Origin: Syntrophales bacterium
GTDB taxonomy: Bacteria > Desulfobacterota > Syntrophia > Syntrophales > UBA2210
NCBI GenBank assembly: GCA_963666365.2
Contig: CAXXNF010000001.1
Coordinates: 992,001-1,056,000, forward strand
Length of the DNA stretch: 64,000 nt
Direction: 5' to 3'
The notes below the pieces were generated by a model. It made no database searches. It was not told the origin of the DNA and saw only the letters and a program-made list of their open reading frames with translations. Position 1 is the first letter of the stretch. Every line of letters begins with the position of its first letter. The translations under genes were made by a program, and so were the position numbers. Of the stretch, positions 24,935-36,052 are shown piece by piece.

Positions 24935-25742
24935 CTCTTTTCATCAGCACCACGGAGCTGTACCGGGCCTCTGCGCCCTCATTGGTATGATCCGTATCGG
25001 TAAGCACCAGAATTGCCGCCAGACTTCCGGGACTGCCGCCGAAGCACTCGTTAAAATCCCCGGGCAGATCCCGCTTCTCCCACATCCATCGTCCCGCCTT
25101 CATTTCGCCCGACTCTACACACACGATCTTGTGCCGGGACGCGCCCGGGTAATCTATAATTGTTCCTCGGGGAAAACGATTTCCCCATATATAATCAATT
25201 TTATAGCCTGACGGTTCCAAGGTACCGACGGATACTCCGAAATGCTTCAAAATACCTTCCAGCATCCCTGAAGAAGAGACGGCGCCGTCCCCACTGCCGA
25301 AGACAACCCGTATGCGTGCGGCACTGTCATTCCGGTCGCGGCGATCCTCCCGGGCCATACCGACAACTCGGTTGATCTTCCAGCGCCAGACAAGGATTGG
25401 AAACTCATGAATATTGACATCGGGCCGCGCCATGAGCGCCGAGACGCTGTTGAGGCTCTTCATGCACAGGACGGTACGTTTTCCCTCTTTCTCGAGGACT
25501 GTTTCGTTTGCCTGCTTTCCCAGGTAAGTGACATGCTCCCATCCCGAGGGCAACACATCCTCAGGGGGGGTTCCTTTAAAGCCTACAAAATAATGTGCGT
25601 CATTTTCGGAATCCATCGCCGGAGCGACCCTGGGAAGAAACAAAGAGACGACACAGAGCGCCGCGAGGAGAAAAGCCGGAACACAGCGCGCTCCATTGCC
25701 GCACAGACGGCCACCAAGGCGACGCCTCCTATTCGAGCACAT
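24894..25742 (-). CDS. DUF3047-like exported protein
   Basis: Signal peptide; WRWK, DSAARI.V.F, DYIW, RDL..DF, TDTD motifs; start uncertain. Confidence 0.7.
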   Translation of the reverse strand: MCSNRRRRLGGRLCGNGARCVPAFLLAALCVVSLFLPRVAPAMDSENDAHYFVGFKGTPPEDVLPSGWEHVTYLGKQANETVLEKEGKRTVLCMKSLNSVSALMARPDVNIHEFPILVWRWKINRVVGMAREDRRDRNDSAARIRVVFGSGDGAVSSSGMLEGILKHFGVSVGTLEPSGYKIDYIWGNRFPRGTIIDYPGASRHKIVCVESGEMKAGRWMWEKRDLPGDFNECFGGSPGSLAAILVLTDTDHTNEGAEARYSSVVLMKRDADDEENSAKSRR

Positions 25743-26670
25743 CTTCCTGTGAAATTTTATATCCCCTGAGAAAATCATCGATGGACATGCGCCGCTTCCC
25801 CTCTAGTTGCACTTCCTGAAGATAGATATGACCGTCCCCCGCCATGACCTGCAATCCCGATTCAAAGAGTCGGCCTACGCGCCCCGGTTCTTTTTCACCC
25901 GAGGCCTGCTCCCTGCCGGCCAGGGCGTAATATATTTTCAGCTTTTTCTCCCTGAGAAAGGCATAGGCGCCGGGCGCCGGGGACAATCCGCGGACAAGAT
26001 TCACAATCTCATCAGGAGACCGCGCCCAGTCAATATGCCCCGTTTCCTGCGTAAGCCGCGGCGCATAGGTGGCCAGGGAGTCATCCTGCGGCACGGGCCG
26101 TGCAGTACCGTCTTTCACACTTTCAACGGCTTTCAAAAGAAGGCGGGCGCCTGTCTTTGCAAGACGGGCTGAAAGATCGCCAAAGGCTTCAGCCGAGTCT
26201 ATGGCGGTTTCCTCCTGAATCAGCATATCCCCCGAATCGACCCCCTCATCCATCATCATGATGGTGACGCCGGTTTTTGTTTCTCCCCGGATCAGGGCCC
26301 AGTTGATCGGCGCTGCGCCCCGGTAGCGGGGAAGAAGGGACGGATGCACATTGAGGCATCCCAGGGGTGGGGCCTCGATAATTTCAGCCGGAAGGATCTG
26401 TCCGAAGGCGACAAGCACAACCATATCGGGAGCAAGCGTCCTGAATGTTTCAAGAAACGTTTCTCCCCGCACGCGCTCGGGCTCGAAGACAGGGATTCCG
26501 GCCGCCTCGGCATAGCGCTTCACCGGCGTCGGAACCGGCTTTCGCCCTCTCCCTTTCGGCCGCGCCGGCTGGGTGACCACGCCTACGAGCGGATACTTGT
26601 TCTTTACAAGCGCATCAAGCGTCGGGATTGCAAAATCAGGAGTTCCCATAAAAAGTATCTTCGGTTTCAT
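25729..26670 (-). CDS. fmt: Methionyl-tRNA formyltransferase
   Basis: FMGTPDFA, NVHPSLLPRYRGAAPI. Confidence 0.97.
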   Translation of the reverse strand: MKPKILFMGTPDFAIPTLDALVKNKYPLVGVVTQPARPKGRGRKPVPTPVKRYAEAAGIPVFEPERVRGETFLETFRTLAPDMVVLVAFGQILPAEIIEAPPLGCLNVHPSLLPRYRGAAPINWALIRGETKTGVTIMMMDEGVDSGDMLIQEETAIDSAEAFGDLSARLAKTGARLLLKAVESVKDGTARPVPQDDSLATYAPRLTQETGHIDWARSPDEIVNLVRGLSPAPGAYAFLREKKLKIYYALAGREQASGEKEPGRVGRLFESGLQVMAGDGHIYLQEVQLEGKRRMSIDDFLRGYKISQEDVLE

Positions 26671-26731
26671 TGTTCACTATTCCTTTTCGTTGAAGATACC
26701 TGTGTGTACCATATTATTGTTCCTAATTCTA

Positions 26732-26875
26732 CTGTTTGGTCTGTTTGGTCTGTTTGGTCTATCTGGTCTGTTTGGTCTGGCTGGTCTGGCTGGTCTGTGT
26801 GTCCCTTACTTTTCTTACTTTTCCTACTTTTCCTACTTTTCTTACTCTTATACTTTTCTTACTTTTTCCACTTCC
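26732..26875. repeat. Two adjacent 9-bp tandem arrays: (CTGTTTGGT-like)x7-8 and (CTTACTTTT-like)x7-8
   Basis: Read directly: 26732-26803 and about 26805-26875, intergenic between flavodoxin gene and fmt. Confidence 0.9.
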
Positions 26876-26878
26876 GCA

Positions 26879-27334
26879 TCAATAGATGCCCAGCGCTACT
26901 CCCCCGGCCAGCACTTTTCCCAGTTCTTCGCATTTGGACAAAATATCTTCCGTCACAATACCACGGGCAATCACCGGTTCGTAGACCTTTTTAAACTGAT
27001 AGCCCAGGGCAATCCTCTCTATGCTGTTCACCGCTCCAGTACCGTCGTTTCCGGCGCTGACGAACACCACATAGGGCGTACGGAACACCTGGCCCTGCAC
27101 GCGATAGAATGTCCTGTCAAAAAAATCCTTTATCATGCCCGACATATAGCCGAAGTTTTCCGGCGTTCCTATTGCAAGCCCGTCACACCCGATGAGATCG
27201 TCGCTCGTCGCCTCGGAGGCCCTTTTCAAAATCACTGCGGTATCCTCCATGGAGGAGGCGCCCCTGAAGACCGCCTGTGCCATTGTATCGGTGTGACCTG
27301 TTTGTGAATGATACACGATGAGAATTTCCTTCAC
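26879..27334 (-). CDS. Flavodoxin / WrbA-like FMN-binding protein
   Basis: IVYHSQTGHT FMN loop, GTPENFGYMSG. Confidence 0.85.
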   Translation of the reverse strand: MKEILIVYHSQTGHTDTMAQAVFRGASSMEDTAVILKRASEATSDDLIGCDGLAIGTPENFGYMSGMIKDFFDRTFYRVQGQVFRTPYVVFVSAGNDGTGAVNSIERIALGYQFKKVYEPVIARGIVTEDILSKCEELGKVLAGGVALGIY

Positions 27335-27394
27335 AATTTATCTCCTGTCATACACATATCGTTCTCCCTCCCGCAGGGGAGACTGTGTCGCAAT

Positions 27395-27478
27395 GTCAAT
27401 GGAGGCGCGCAGCAACGAAGCAGTCTCATGGCTTGAAATGATGCGATTGCCGCGCTCTCTTTGGTCGCTCGCAATGAC
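27395..27478. repeat. GTCATTGCGAG-type palindromic element (degenerate left arm)
   Basis: GTCAATGGAGG...CGAAGCAGTCTC ... GATTGCCGCG...CGCTCGCAATGAC. Confidence 0.6.
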
Positions 27479-27500
27479 AGTCCAGCAAGTTCTTGCCGCG

Positions 27501-27669
27501 CTCCCGCAAAGACTCATCAAAGCTGAATATTTTTTATCTTCTCTTTTAATCTCCACGCCTCAGCGCCTCAGCGCGAGATTGCATTTCCCTCTTTTTAACT
27601 TTTTTCCCGCAGAGGCGCAGTGATGCAGAGAAAATATTTTTGCAATGGCTCTTAATTCTCAGCGCGAAA
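27501..27669. repeat. CGCAGAG-family inverted repeat cluster (locus 1)
   Basis: CCTCAGCGCCTCAGCGCGAGA; CCCGCAGAGGCGCAGTGATGCAGAG; CTCAGCGCGAAA. Confidence 0.75.
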
Positions 27670-27723
27670 TTCTTTTTCTTTCTTCAACTCCCCAGCACTT
27701 TTCCTCCAGCCTCATAGCTCCTC

Positions 27724-27755
27724 AAAAAAAACCCCCGGGCGTGCCCGGGGGTTTT
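27724..27755 (-). terminator. Intrinsic terminator after the Fe-S oxidoreductase gene
   Basis: AAAAAAAACCCCCGGGC-GT-GCCCGGGGGTTTT. Confidence 0.88.
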
Positions 27756-27781
27756 CGTACTTCAGAAGAAAGGCGAATGAA

Positions 27782-29905
27782 TTAGGCTTCTTCCGCCTCT
27801 TCAGCGGGCGCTTCAGCCTTCTCCAGATCCATGGCCTTCCAGACGATTTCCGCGATATCAAGGGCCTGCATCTTTTCTTCCTGCCCTCGGTCCTTGATGC
27901 CGTCGGCCATCATGGTCAGACAGAAGGGACAGCCCACAGCGATCGTGTCGGCGTTGGCCGCAATCGCCTGATCGGCCCTCATGTCGTTGATGCGCTCTCC
28001 GATATCCTCTTCCATCCACATGCGCGCACCACCGGCGCCGCAGCAGAAGGATTTGGCATGGTTGCTCTTCATTTCCACCAGCCGCATGCCCGGCACGGCG
28101 CCCAGCACCGTTCTCGGCTGACTGTACACATTGTTGTAGCGTCCGAGGAAACAGGAATCGTGATAGGTAAAGAGCCCTTCCACGGACTTTTTCATTTTGA
28201 TCTTGCCCTTGGCAACCAGATCCGCCAGAATTTCCGTGTGATGGTAGACCTCGAAGTTTCCGCCGAAGTGGGGATAATCCTTTTTCAGCGCATTATACCC
28301 ATGAGGGCAGGTACAGATGATCTTTTTCACCCCGTAGCCGTTCATCACTTCTATATTCATCTGGGCCTGGGTCTGATAGAGATATTCGTTGCCGCCTCTC
28401 ATGGCGGAATCGCCGCAACACCCCTCCTCTTCGCCCAGGATGCCGAAGCTTACTCCCGCTTCCTTCAGGATTTTGGCGAGCGCCACGGAAACCTTCTTTC
28501 CCCGGTCGTCAAAGGAACCGGCGCATCCCACATAAAAGAGATACTCCACATCGGGGTCTTCAGCCAGCGTTTTGATGCCCAGTTCTTTGGCCCAGTCGGC
28601 CCTGAGGTGCGCACCGATGCCCCAGGGATTGGAGTTATTCTCCATATTCCGATAGGTCAGCTGGAGTTCCGGCGAGAAATCAGCCTCCATCAGCACCTTG
28701 TACTGACGCATCTGCACGATCTTCGGCACATGTTCGATCAGCGCCGTACAGTGCTCCATGCAGTACATGCAGTTGGTGCAGGCCCACAGCTCATGCAGGT
28801 CGATCACCTCGCCCACCATGGCTTTCTCGGCTTCCGGAAGAGCCGGCTCTTCGCCTTCCTTGGCCTCCTTCTTCGCCGCGGCAACCGCCGGCGCCCGCTC
28901 GAGCCAGTAGTCCTTGATATCCTGCACAAGCTTTTTCGGCGAGAGCGGCTTGCCGGACAGATAGGCCGGACAGCCGTCCTGACAGCGACCACAACGGGTG
29001 CAAGCCTCGGAATCGAAGATCTGCTTCCAGGTGAATTCTTCGAGCTGCCCCACGCCGAAGGATTCGGCATTTTCGAAATCCTCAATTGGTTTCAAGGCAC
29101 CCGTTGGCTCAAGCGATTTCATATAGTAGTTGGCCGGCGTCGTCACGATGTGCAGCAGTCTTGAAAAGGGCAGGTAGGCGATCAAACCCAGGGTGAGGAA
29201 ACTGTGAATCCACCATACGACCTTGTGAAGAATGCGGGTCGTTTCGTAGCTCACTCCCGTCAGCGTCTGCGACAGGGCATAGCCGACAAAGGACCATTTC
29301 CCCCAGGTAAAACCGTCTACGTTCACATTGACGTGAAGGCGGAGGGCCTCGATAATGAACCCCGTGACAATGATGGCGCCGATACCGACCAGCACAATGG
29401 CGTCATCGGGTCTGTTGTCGGGGATTCCCCTGTAGCCCAGCAGGTCGGGCTTCAACACGTACCGGCGAATGATCGCCATGGTCACGCCGATCAGCACGGC
29501 CAGACCGAATATCTCCATGACCAGCGAAAACCAGAGATAAAAGGTGCCGTGAAAGAACGGAAGCCCGATATGAAACTGCGTCGCATCGATTGCCGCGCCG
29601 AATATGAGCACAATGAATCCGAAGAATATGAGTCCGTGAAAGATGCCCGCATAGGATTCCTTGAAGGTTCTCGCCTGAAGCAGGCCATTAACGATCAGCG
29701 ACTTGAATCGTTCCCCCCCATTGTCAGTCCGTACTTCAGGAAGGCCGACGGCCTTCCACATCTGCCAGCGCCTGTACAAGCCATAGGCGCATATAATGAG
29801 CGCAATTGCGGTAAAGAAAAAGAGGATGCCCTCGAAGGGGGCATTCCAGAATACCTCCCTCCCCTCATTTCCCACTCCTAATGCATGTTCACCACCGTGT
29901 GCCAT
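27782..29905 (-). CDS. Membrane-anchored heterodisulfide-reductase-like Fe-S oxidoreductase (DUF224/CCG; ETF:quinone oxidoreductase EMO-type)
   Basis: N-terminal TM cytochrome-b-like region with His residues, CTRCGRCQDGCP and CTNCMYCMEHC clusters, two CCG domains; follows etfBA. Confidence 0.85.
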   Translation of the reverse strand: MAHGGEHALGVGNEGREVFWNAPFEGILFFFTAIALIICAYGLYRRWQMWKAVGLPEVRTDNGGERFKSLIVNGLLQARTFKESYAGIFHGLIFFGFIVLIFGAAIDATQFHIGLPFFHGTFYLWFSLVMEIFGLAVLIGVTMAIIRRYVLKPDLLGYRGIPDNRPDDAIVLVGIGAIIVTGFIIEALRLHVNVNVDGFTWGKWSFVGYALSQTLTGVSYETTRILHKVVWWIHSFLTLGLIAYLPFSRLLHIVTTPANYYMKSLEPTGALKPIEDFENAESFGVGQLEEFTWKQIFDSEACTRCGRCQDGCPAYLSGKPLSPKKLVQDIKDYWLERAPAVAAAKKEAKEGEEPALPEAEKAMVGEVIDLHELWACTNCMYCMEHCTALIEHVPKIVQMRQYKVLMEADFSPELQLTYRNMENNSNPWGIGAHLRADWAKELGIKTLAEDPDVEYLFYVGCAGSFDDRGKKVSVALAKILKEAGVSFGILGEEEGCCGDSAMRGGNEYLYQTQAQMNIEVMNGYGVKKIICTCPHGYNALKKDYPHFGGNFEVYHHTEILADLVAKGKIKMKKSVEGLFTYHDSCFLGRYNNVYSQPRTVLGAVPGMRLVEMKSNHAKSFCCGAGGARMWMEEDIGERINDMRADQAIAANADTIAVGCPFCLTMMADGIKDRGQEEKMQALDIAEIVWKAMDLEKAEAPAEEAEEA

Positions 29906-30062
29906 AACGCCTCCCTTCTCCACACTCACCACTCGCGATACCCATGGTCGTGACTCACTGGACACTCACATGCCCACGCCTGAGGCACATCGCCGCTCTG
30001 CTTATCATCTGAACGGCGTCGCGGCCCCCGGACATGCACAGCATGGAGTGTGCACATATAAT

Positions 30063-30098
30063 GAAAAAAAGGGGGTGGATTTTCATCCGCCCCCCTAT
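30063..30098 (-). terminator. Intrinsic terminator between etfA and the Fe-S oxidoreductase
   Basis: Minus strand GGGGGCGGAT-GAAA-ATCCACCCCC followed by T7. Confidence 0.75.
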
Positions 30099-30108
30099 GT
30101 ACACCCTG

Positions 30109-31077
30109 TTACAGAATCTTTTTCACTGCCGCGGTGATTTCCGGCACCACCTTGAACAGATCGTCCACAATGCCGTAATCCGCCTTCGCGAAAATGGGCG
30201 CCTCTTCATCCTTGTTCACGGCCACGATGTACTTGGAAGAACTCATGCCCGCCAGGTGCTGAATCGCTCCCGATATACCGCAGGCCACATACAGATTCGG
30301 AGAGACGACCTTACCGGTCTGCCCCACCTGATCCACCTGAGGACGCCATCCGGCATCGACGGCCGCTCTCGAGGCGCCTACGGCGGCGCCGAGCAGATCG
30401 GCCAGTTCTTCAAGAATCTTATACCCCTCGGGGCCCTTCATGCCGCGGCCGCCCGAAACGATTACCGTTGCCTCGGTCAGCTCAACTCTGCCGCTGGTGT
30501 CTTTCTGCACCTCCAGCACCTTGGTCTTCAATTCGCCCAGGGCCGCATCGAATTTCACCACCTCGCCTGCCTTCGCATTTTCCACGATGGGGAACACATT
30601 GGGGCGAAGAGAGGCCATCTGGGGCGATCCCAGCACTTCCACTTCGGCGAAGGTTTTTCCTGCATACATGGGCCGGATCGCAATCAGCTTGCCGCCTTCG
30701 ATGCGAAGGTCCGTGCAGTCCGACGCCATACCGGTGGCAAGGGAGCCCACCAGACGGGATGAGAGATCCTTACCCTCTACCGACGCGGCCAGAAGCAGAA
30801 TCGCCGGATCGTTTTCCTTCACCACTTTCGTCACCGCCTGCCCATAGGCGTCGGTGGTATATTTTTCAAAGGCTGCATCGTCAGCCAGGTAGATCTTGTC
30901 CACGCCATATTTACCCAGCTCGGCCGCGATGCCCTCAACTCCCGAACCGAGCACGACGGCGCATACTTCATCGCCCAGCTCGTCGGCGAGCTTTCGCGCC
31001 GCACTGGCTATCTCAAAGGAAACCTTTCTGAAGGCTCCGTCTCTTTGTTCCGCAACTATCCATACACCTTTTGCCAT
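30109..31077 (-). CDS. etfA: Electron transfer flavoprotein alpha subunit
   Basis: GASRAAVDAGW, QVGQTGK, GISGAIQHLAGM. Confidence 0.96.
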   Translation of the reverse strand: MAKGVWIVAEQRDGAFRKVSFEIASAARKLADELGDEVCAVVLGSGVEGIAAELGKYGVDKIYLADDAAFEKYTTDAYGQAVTKVVKENDPAILLLAASVEGKDLSSRLVGSLATGMASDCTDLRIEGGKLIAIRPMYAGKTFAEVEVLGSPQMASLRPNVFPIVENAKAGEVVKFDAALGELKTKVLEVQKDTSGRVELTEATVIVSGGRGMKGPEGYKILEELADLLGAAVGASRAAVDAGWRPQVDQVGQTGKVVSPNLYVACGISGAIQHLAGMSSSKYIVAVNKDEEAPIFAKADYGIVDDLFKVVPEITAAVKKIL

Positions 31078-31100
31078 TTTATCTCCTCCATTCCCTTCGA

Positions 31101-31871
31101 TTAAATTACCTTGGCCTCTTCCCGCAGTAACTTGACCAGTTCACCCGCCTTTTGGGCCGCTTCTTCGCCGGCGATGATCTTACCGGCAGCTCTTTCCGGA
31201 GGAGGCGTCATCTTCACGATCTTTGCCTTCGCCGCAACGGTGATGCCGAGCGCCGCCGCGTCTTTTACGTCAACCGGTTTTTTCTTGGCCTTCATGATAC
31301 CGGGCAGCGACGCGTAGCGGGGTTCGTTCAGTCCCTTCGTTGCGGTGACGACACAGGGAAGGGAAATTTCGATCTTCAGCTGGGCGCCTTCAATGGCCTT
31401 GACGGCCGTCGCTTTGTCGCCTTCGACATCCAGCTTGGTTATCACTGTGACCTGGGGAAGGCCGAGGAGTTCCGCCAGAATCGAACCGACCTGTCCAGCA
31501 TCGTCATCGATGGCACGCATGCCGCAGAAGATGATGTCGTAGGGAATTTCCTTGATCGCCGCGGCCAGCGCGCTTGCCGTAGTATAGGCATCGGCGCCTT
31601 CCAGCGCGGGATCGTTGATATGGATGCCCTTCTCGGCGCCCATGGCCAGGGCGGTCCTGATCGTCTCCAAGGCCCGCGCGGGACCGACGGACACGATGGT
31701 CACATCGCCGCCGTTCTTTTCTTTCAGTTTAAGGGCTTCTTCAACACCGAATTCATCGTAGGGGTTCATCACCCACTTGATTCCGCCTTCTTCGATACCG
31801 GATCCATCGGCCTTTACCTTGATCAATGCTTCCGTGTCCGGGACCTGTTTGACACACACAACTATGTTCAC
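31101..31871 (-). CDS. etfB: Electron transfer flavoprotein beta subunit
   Basis: VCVKQVPD, NPYDE, ALAMGA, NEPRY. Confidence 0.96.
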   Translation of the reverse strand: MNIVVCVKQVPDTEALIKVKADGSGIEEGGIKWVMNPYDEFGVEEALKLKEKNGGDVTIVSVGPARALETIRTALAMGAEKGIHINDPALEGADAYTTASALAAAIKEIPYDIIFCGMRAIDDDAGQVGSILAELLGLPQVTVITKLDVEGDKATAVKAIEGAQLKIEISLPCVVTATKGLNEPRYASLPGIMKAKKKPVDVKDAAALGITVAAKAKIVKMTPPPERAAGKIIAGEEAAQKAGELVKLLREEAKVI

Positions 31872-32003
31872 AATGACCTCCTTTCACCGACAAATGCCGG
31901 CACGGGGTCGCCGTGCCGGACTATTTGCCCTGATAATAAAATAATATGTGATGCCTTTATGGCGGGCGCCTTCAGTACCGCACAAACGCGCGCCCCTTTG
32001 TTC

Positions 32004-33971
<1,968 letters not shown>

Positions 33972-34102
33972 GTTCTACCTCCATTTTTTTTATTATCAAT
34001 TCCGCTCGGTGATGGCAGCTTGCCCATCTTCGCCCTGTTAAATTCGCTGCTATATAATGTACCAACCATCCTCTGTCAAGGAAAAATTTCCCTAAAAAAG
34101 GC

Positions 34103-34131
34103 TTGACTTTGATGGGTTACGATGCTAGCGT
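34103..34131 (+). promoter_or_regulatory. sigma70 promoter of the porin gene, back-to-back with the acs promoter (TTGACA at 34079-34074, minus)
   Basis: TTGACT-17 bp-TAGCGT with extended TG. Confidence 0.65.
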
Positions 34132-34277
34132 TTCTCGAAATGTCGCCTCGGACGGGTACGTCCCGGGGGTGAAGGAAAGGGGGTGAGCGGGGAAACAGCC
34201 AATCAGCAGACAGGTATATCGGTTCAAAAAATCAAAGGTTTAAAACAGACAATATCTTTTTTTAGGAGGAAAGATAG

Positions 34278-35615
34278 ATGAAAAAATTATTGGTAGCTCT
34301 GTGCGCTCTGGCGCTGGTATGTGCATTCGCCATGCCTGCGGGCGCAACGGACGTGAAGATGAGCGGTGAATATTATGTCCAGGGATATTATTCGGCCAAC
34401 AGCGGTCTGCTGGACAATGCGGCAACGTCGCATGCCTGGTTCAACCAGCGCCTGCGCATGTCCACGATCTTTCAGGTCAACAAGGCCGTCAAATTCACCA
34501 CCCGCTATGACATCATGGAAAGCTACTGGGGCGGTAGCGACTTGTACATCGACAAAGACGGCGCCAACCGCAATTTGAACGGTCCCAATGCAGCGGGCTA
34601 CCGCGACGAAGCCAACATCTCTTTCGATTTCGGCTACTTGACCTTCGTGACCAAGTGCGGTAAGTTCGACGTGGGGTACATGTCCGACGGCGTCTACGGC
34701 ACCGAATTCGGCAATGCCGAAGTGGCGCTGCCCAAGATCGGCTGGTCCATTCCGATCGGCAAGTTCTACAACGTGTTCCAGTACAAGCATTGGGGTGAGC
34801 GCGACGTGATCTCCGGCAACAACGAGTCCGACGAAGATTACACCCGCTACATGGACATCCTCTTCTACTTCGCCAAGACCTGGCAGGCCGGCTTGCTGTA
34901 TCAGTACAATACCGATGCCACCATGTCGGGAGTGGGAGCGCCCCAGGGCTACAAGACGAATTTCCATGTATTGATCCCCTACGTGAAAGCCACCATCGGC
35001 AATCTCTATATCGAGAGCGAACTGAGCTGGATCGACGGTGACTTCCGTGCATGGGAAGCCCCCAATGCCCTCGGCCTTCAGGACATCGACATGAAGGGAC
35101 TCGCCTTCTACCTGAAGGGCAAGTTCGACCTCGGCAAAGGCTACATCGGCGGCCTCTTTGCCTACACCAAGGGGAACGATATCACCGATCCCACCGAACT
35201 CTACGTGTCCAGCGGCGGCGCTGACTGGAATCCCATGCTGATCCTCTGGAATAAGGAATATTTCAACTGGAACGCCAACAATCTGGGCGCCAACACCGCA
35301 TCGGGCGGCACGGGCAATGCGATGGGCAACGCAACGCTGTATCAGATCTTCGGCGGCTTCAACCTCCGGAAGAATCTCGATATCTTTGCGTCCCTCTCCA
35401 TGGCCAAGGCGGACCAGGATTCCGTGGCCGGTCAGATTGACGATGACTACGGCACCGAGTTCGACCTCCAGGCCACCTACAAGATGTTCGACAACCTCGA
35501 ATACATGGTGGGCTTCGGCTACTTCTGGGCCGGCGACTGGTACAAGGGCGCCAACGCAGCACAGGAAATCGACAACGAGTACATCCTGTTCCACAAGCTG
35601 ACGTTGACATTCTAA
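34278..35615 (+). CDS. Outer-membrane porin-like beta-barrel protein
   Basis: Signal peptide, alternating beta-strand pattern, C-terminal Phe (HKLTLTF), strong codon bias. Confidence 0.8.
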   Translation: MKKLLVALCALALVCAFAMPAGATDVKMSGEYYVQGYYSANSGLLDNAATSHAWFNQRLRMSTIFQVNKAVKFTTRYDIMESYWGGSDLYIDKDGANRNLNGPNAAGYRDEANISFDFGYLTFVTKCGKFDVGYMSDGVYGTEFGNAEVALPKIGWSIPIGKFYNVFQYKHWGERDVISGNNESDEDYTRYMDILFYFAKTWQAGLLYQYNTDATMSGVGAPQGYKTNFHVLIPYVKATIGNLYIESELSWIDGDFRAWEAPNALGLQDIDMKGLAFYLKGKFDLGKGYIGGLFAYTKGNDITDPTELYVSSGGADWNPMLILWNKEYFNWNANNLGANTASGGTGNAMGNATLYQIFGGFNLRKNLDIFASLSMAKADQDSVAGQIDDDYGTEFDLQATYKMFDNLEYMVGFGYFWAGDWYKGANAAQEIDNEYILFHKLTLTF

Positions 35616-35645
35616 GCGAATTTCAGACAGTTGTTTTGCAGTGTG

Positions 35646-35680
35646 AAAACCCCGGGGCGCCCCGCCCCGGGGTTTTTTTT
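35646..35680 (+). terminator. Porin gene terminator
   Basis: AAAACCCCGGGGC-GCCCC-GCCCCGGGGTTTTTTTT. Confidence 0.9.
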
Positions 35681-35681
35681 G

Positions 35682-35726
35682 TTGACGGCGGAAAAAGCGG
35701 CGAGTATCATTGGCATCACTATTGCG
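35682..35726 (+). promoter_or_regulatory. Abutting sigma70 and sigma54 promoter motifs upstream of hflX
   Basis: TTGACG(35682)-17-TATCAT(35705), immediately followed by TGGCAT-CACTA-TTGCG (35711-35726). Confidence 0.65.
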
Positions 35727-35806
35727 TATCGCGCGTTTCCTGTGCCGATACACCGGCATTATAGCGGGAAGAAACTCACAGTTTTCTGGATAGAAAAAAA
35801 GCAGAA

Positions 35807-36017
35807 TCTCGCGCAGAGGCGCAGGGACGCTGAGGGCAGGACAGAAAAAAATACGAGAGCTTTGAAAATTCCCCTTTGGTTTCAATATTGTCATGCCGGA
35901 CGTGATCCGGCATCCAGTTGAAATATTGTCTGGATTCCGGGTCGCGCTTCGCGTGCCCGGAAAGACGAAGAGAAGAGTTAAGCTCTCAAATGTTTTTCTC
36001 TGCGTCTCTGCGCGAAA
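35807..36017. repeat. CGCAGAG-family inverted repeat (locus 2) enclosing a GTCATGCCGG palindromic element (35890-35966)
   Basis: TCTCGCGCAGAGGCGCAGGGACGCTGAG ... CTCTGCGTCTCTGCGCGAAA; inner GTCATGCCGGACGTGATCCGGCATCCAG...CTGGATTCCGGG...CCCGGAAAGAC. Confidence 0.8.
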
Positions 36018-36052
36018 AAAAATCTGCATTTTTTTAAAGGAGTATTCGCGCC

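Noticed and set aside
26573..27307. ORFs with LFG/WSV/YFS repeats
   Set aside because: Just translations of the 9-bp tandem arrays, overlapping real minus-strand genes
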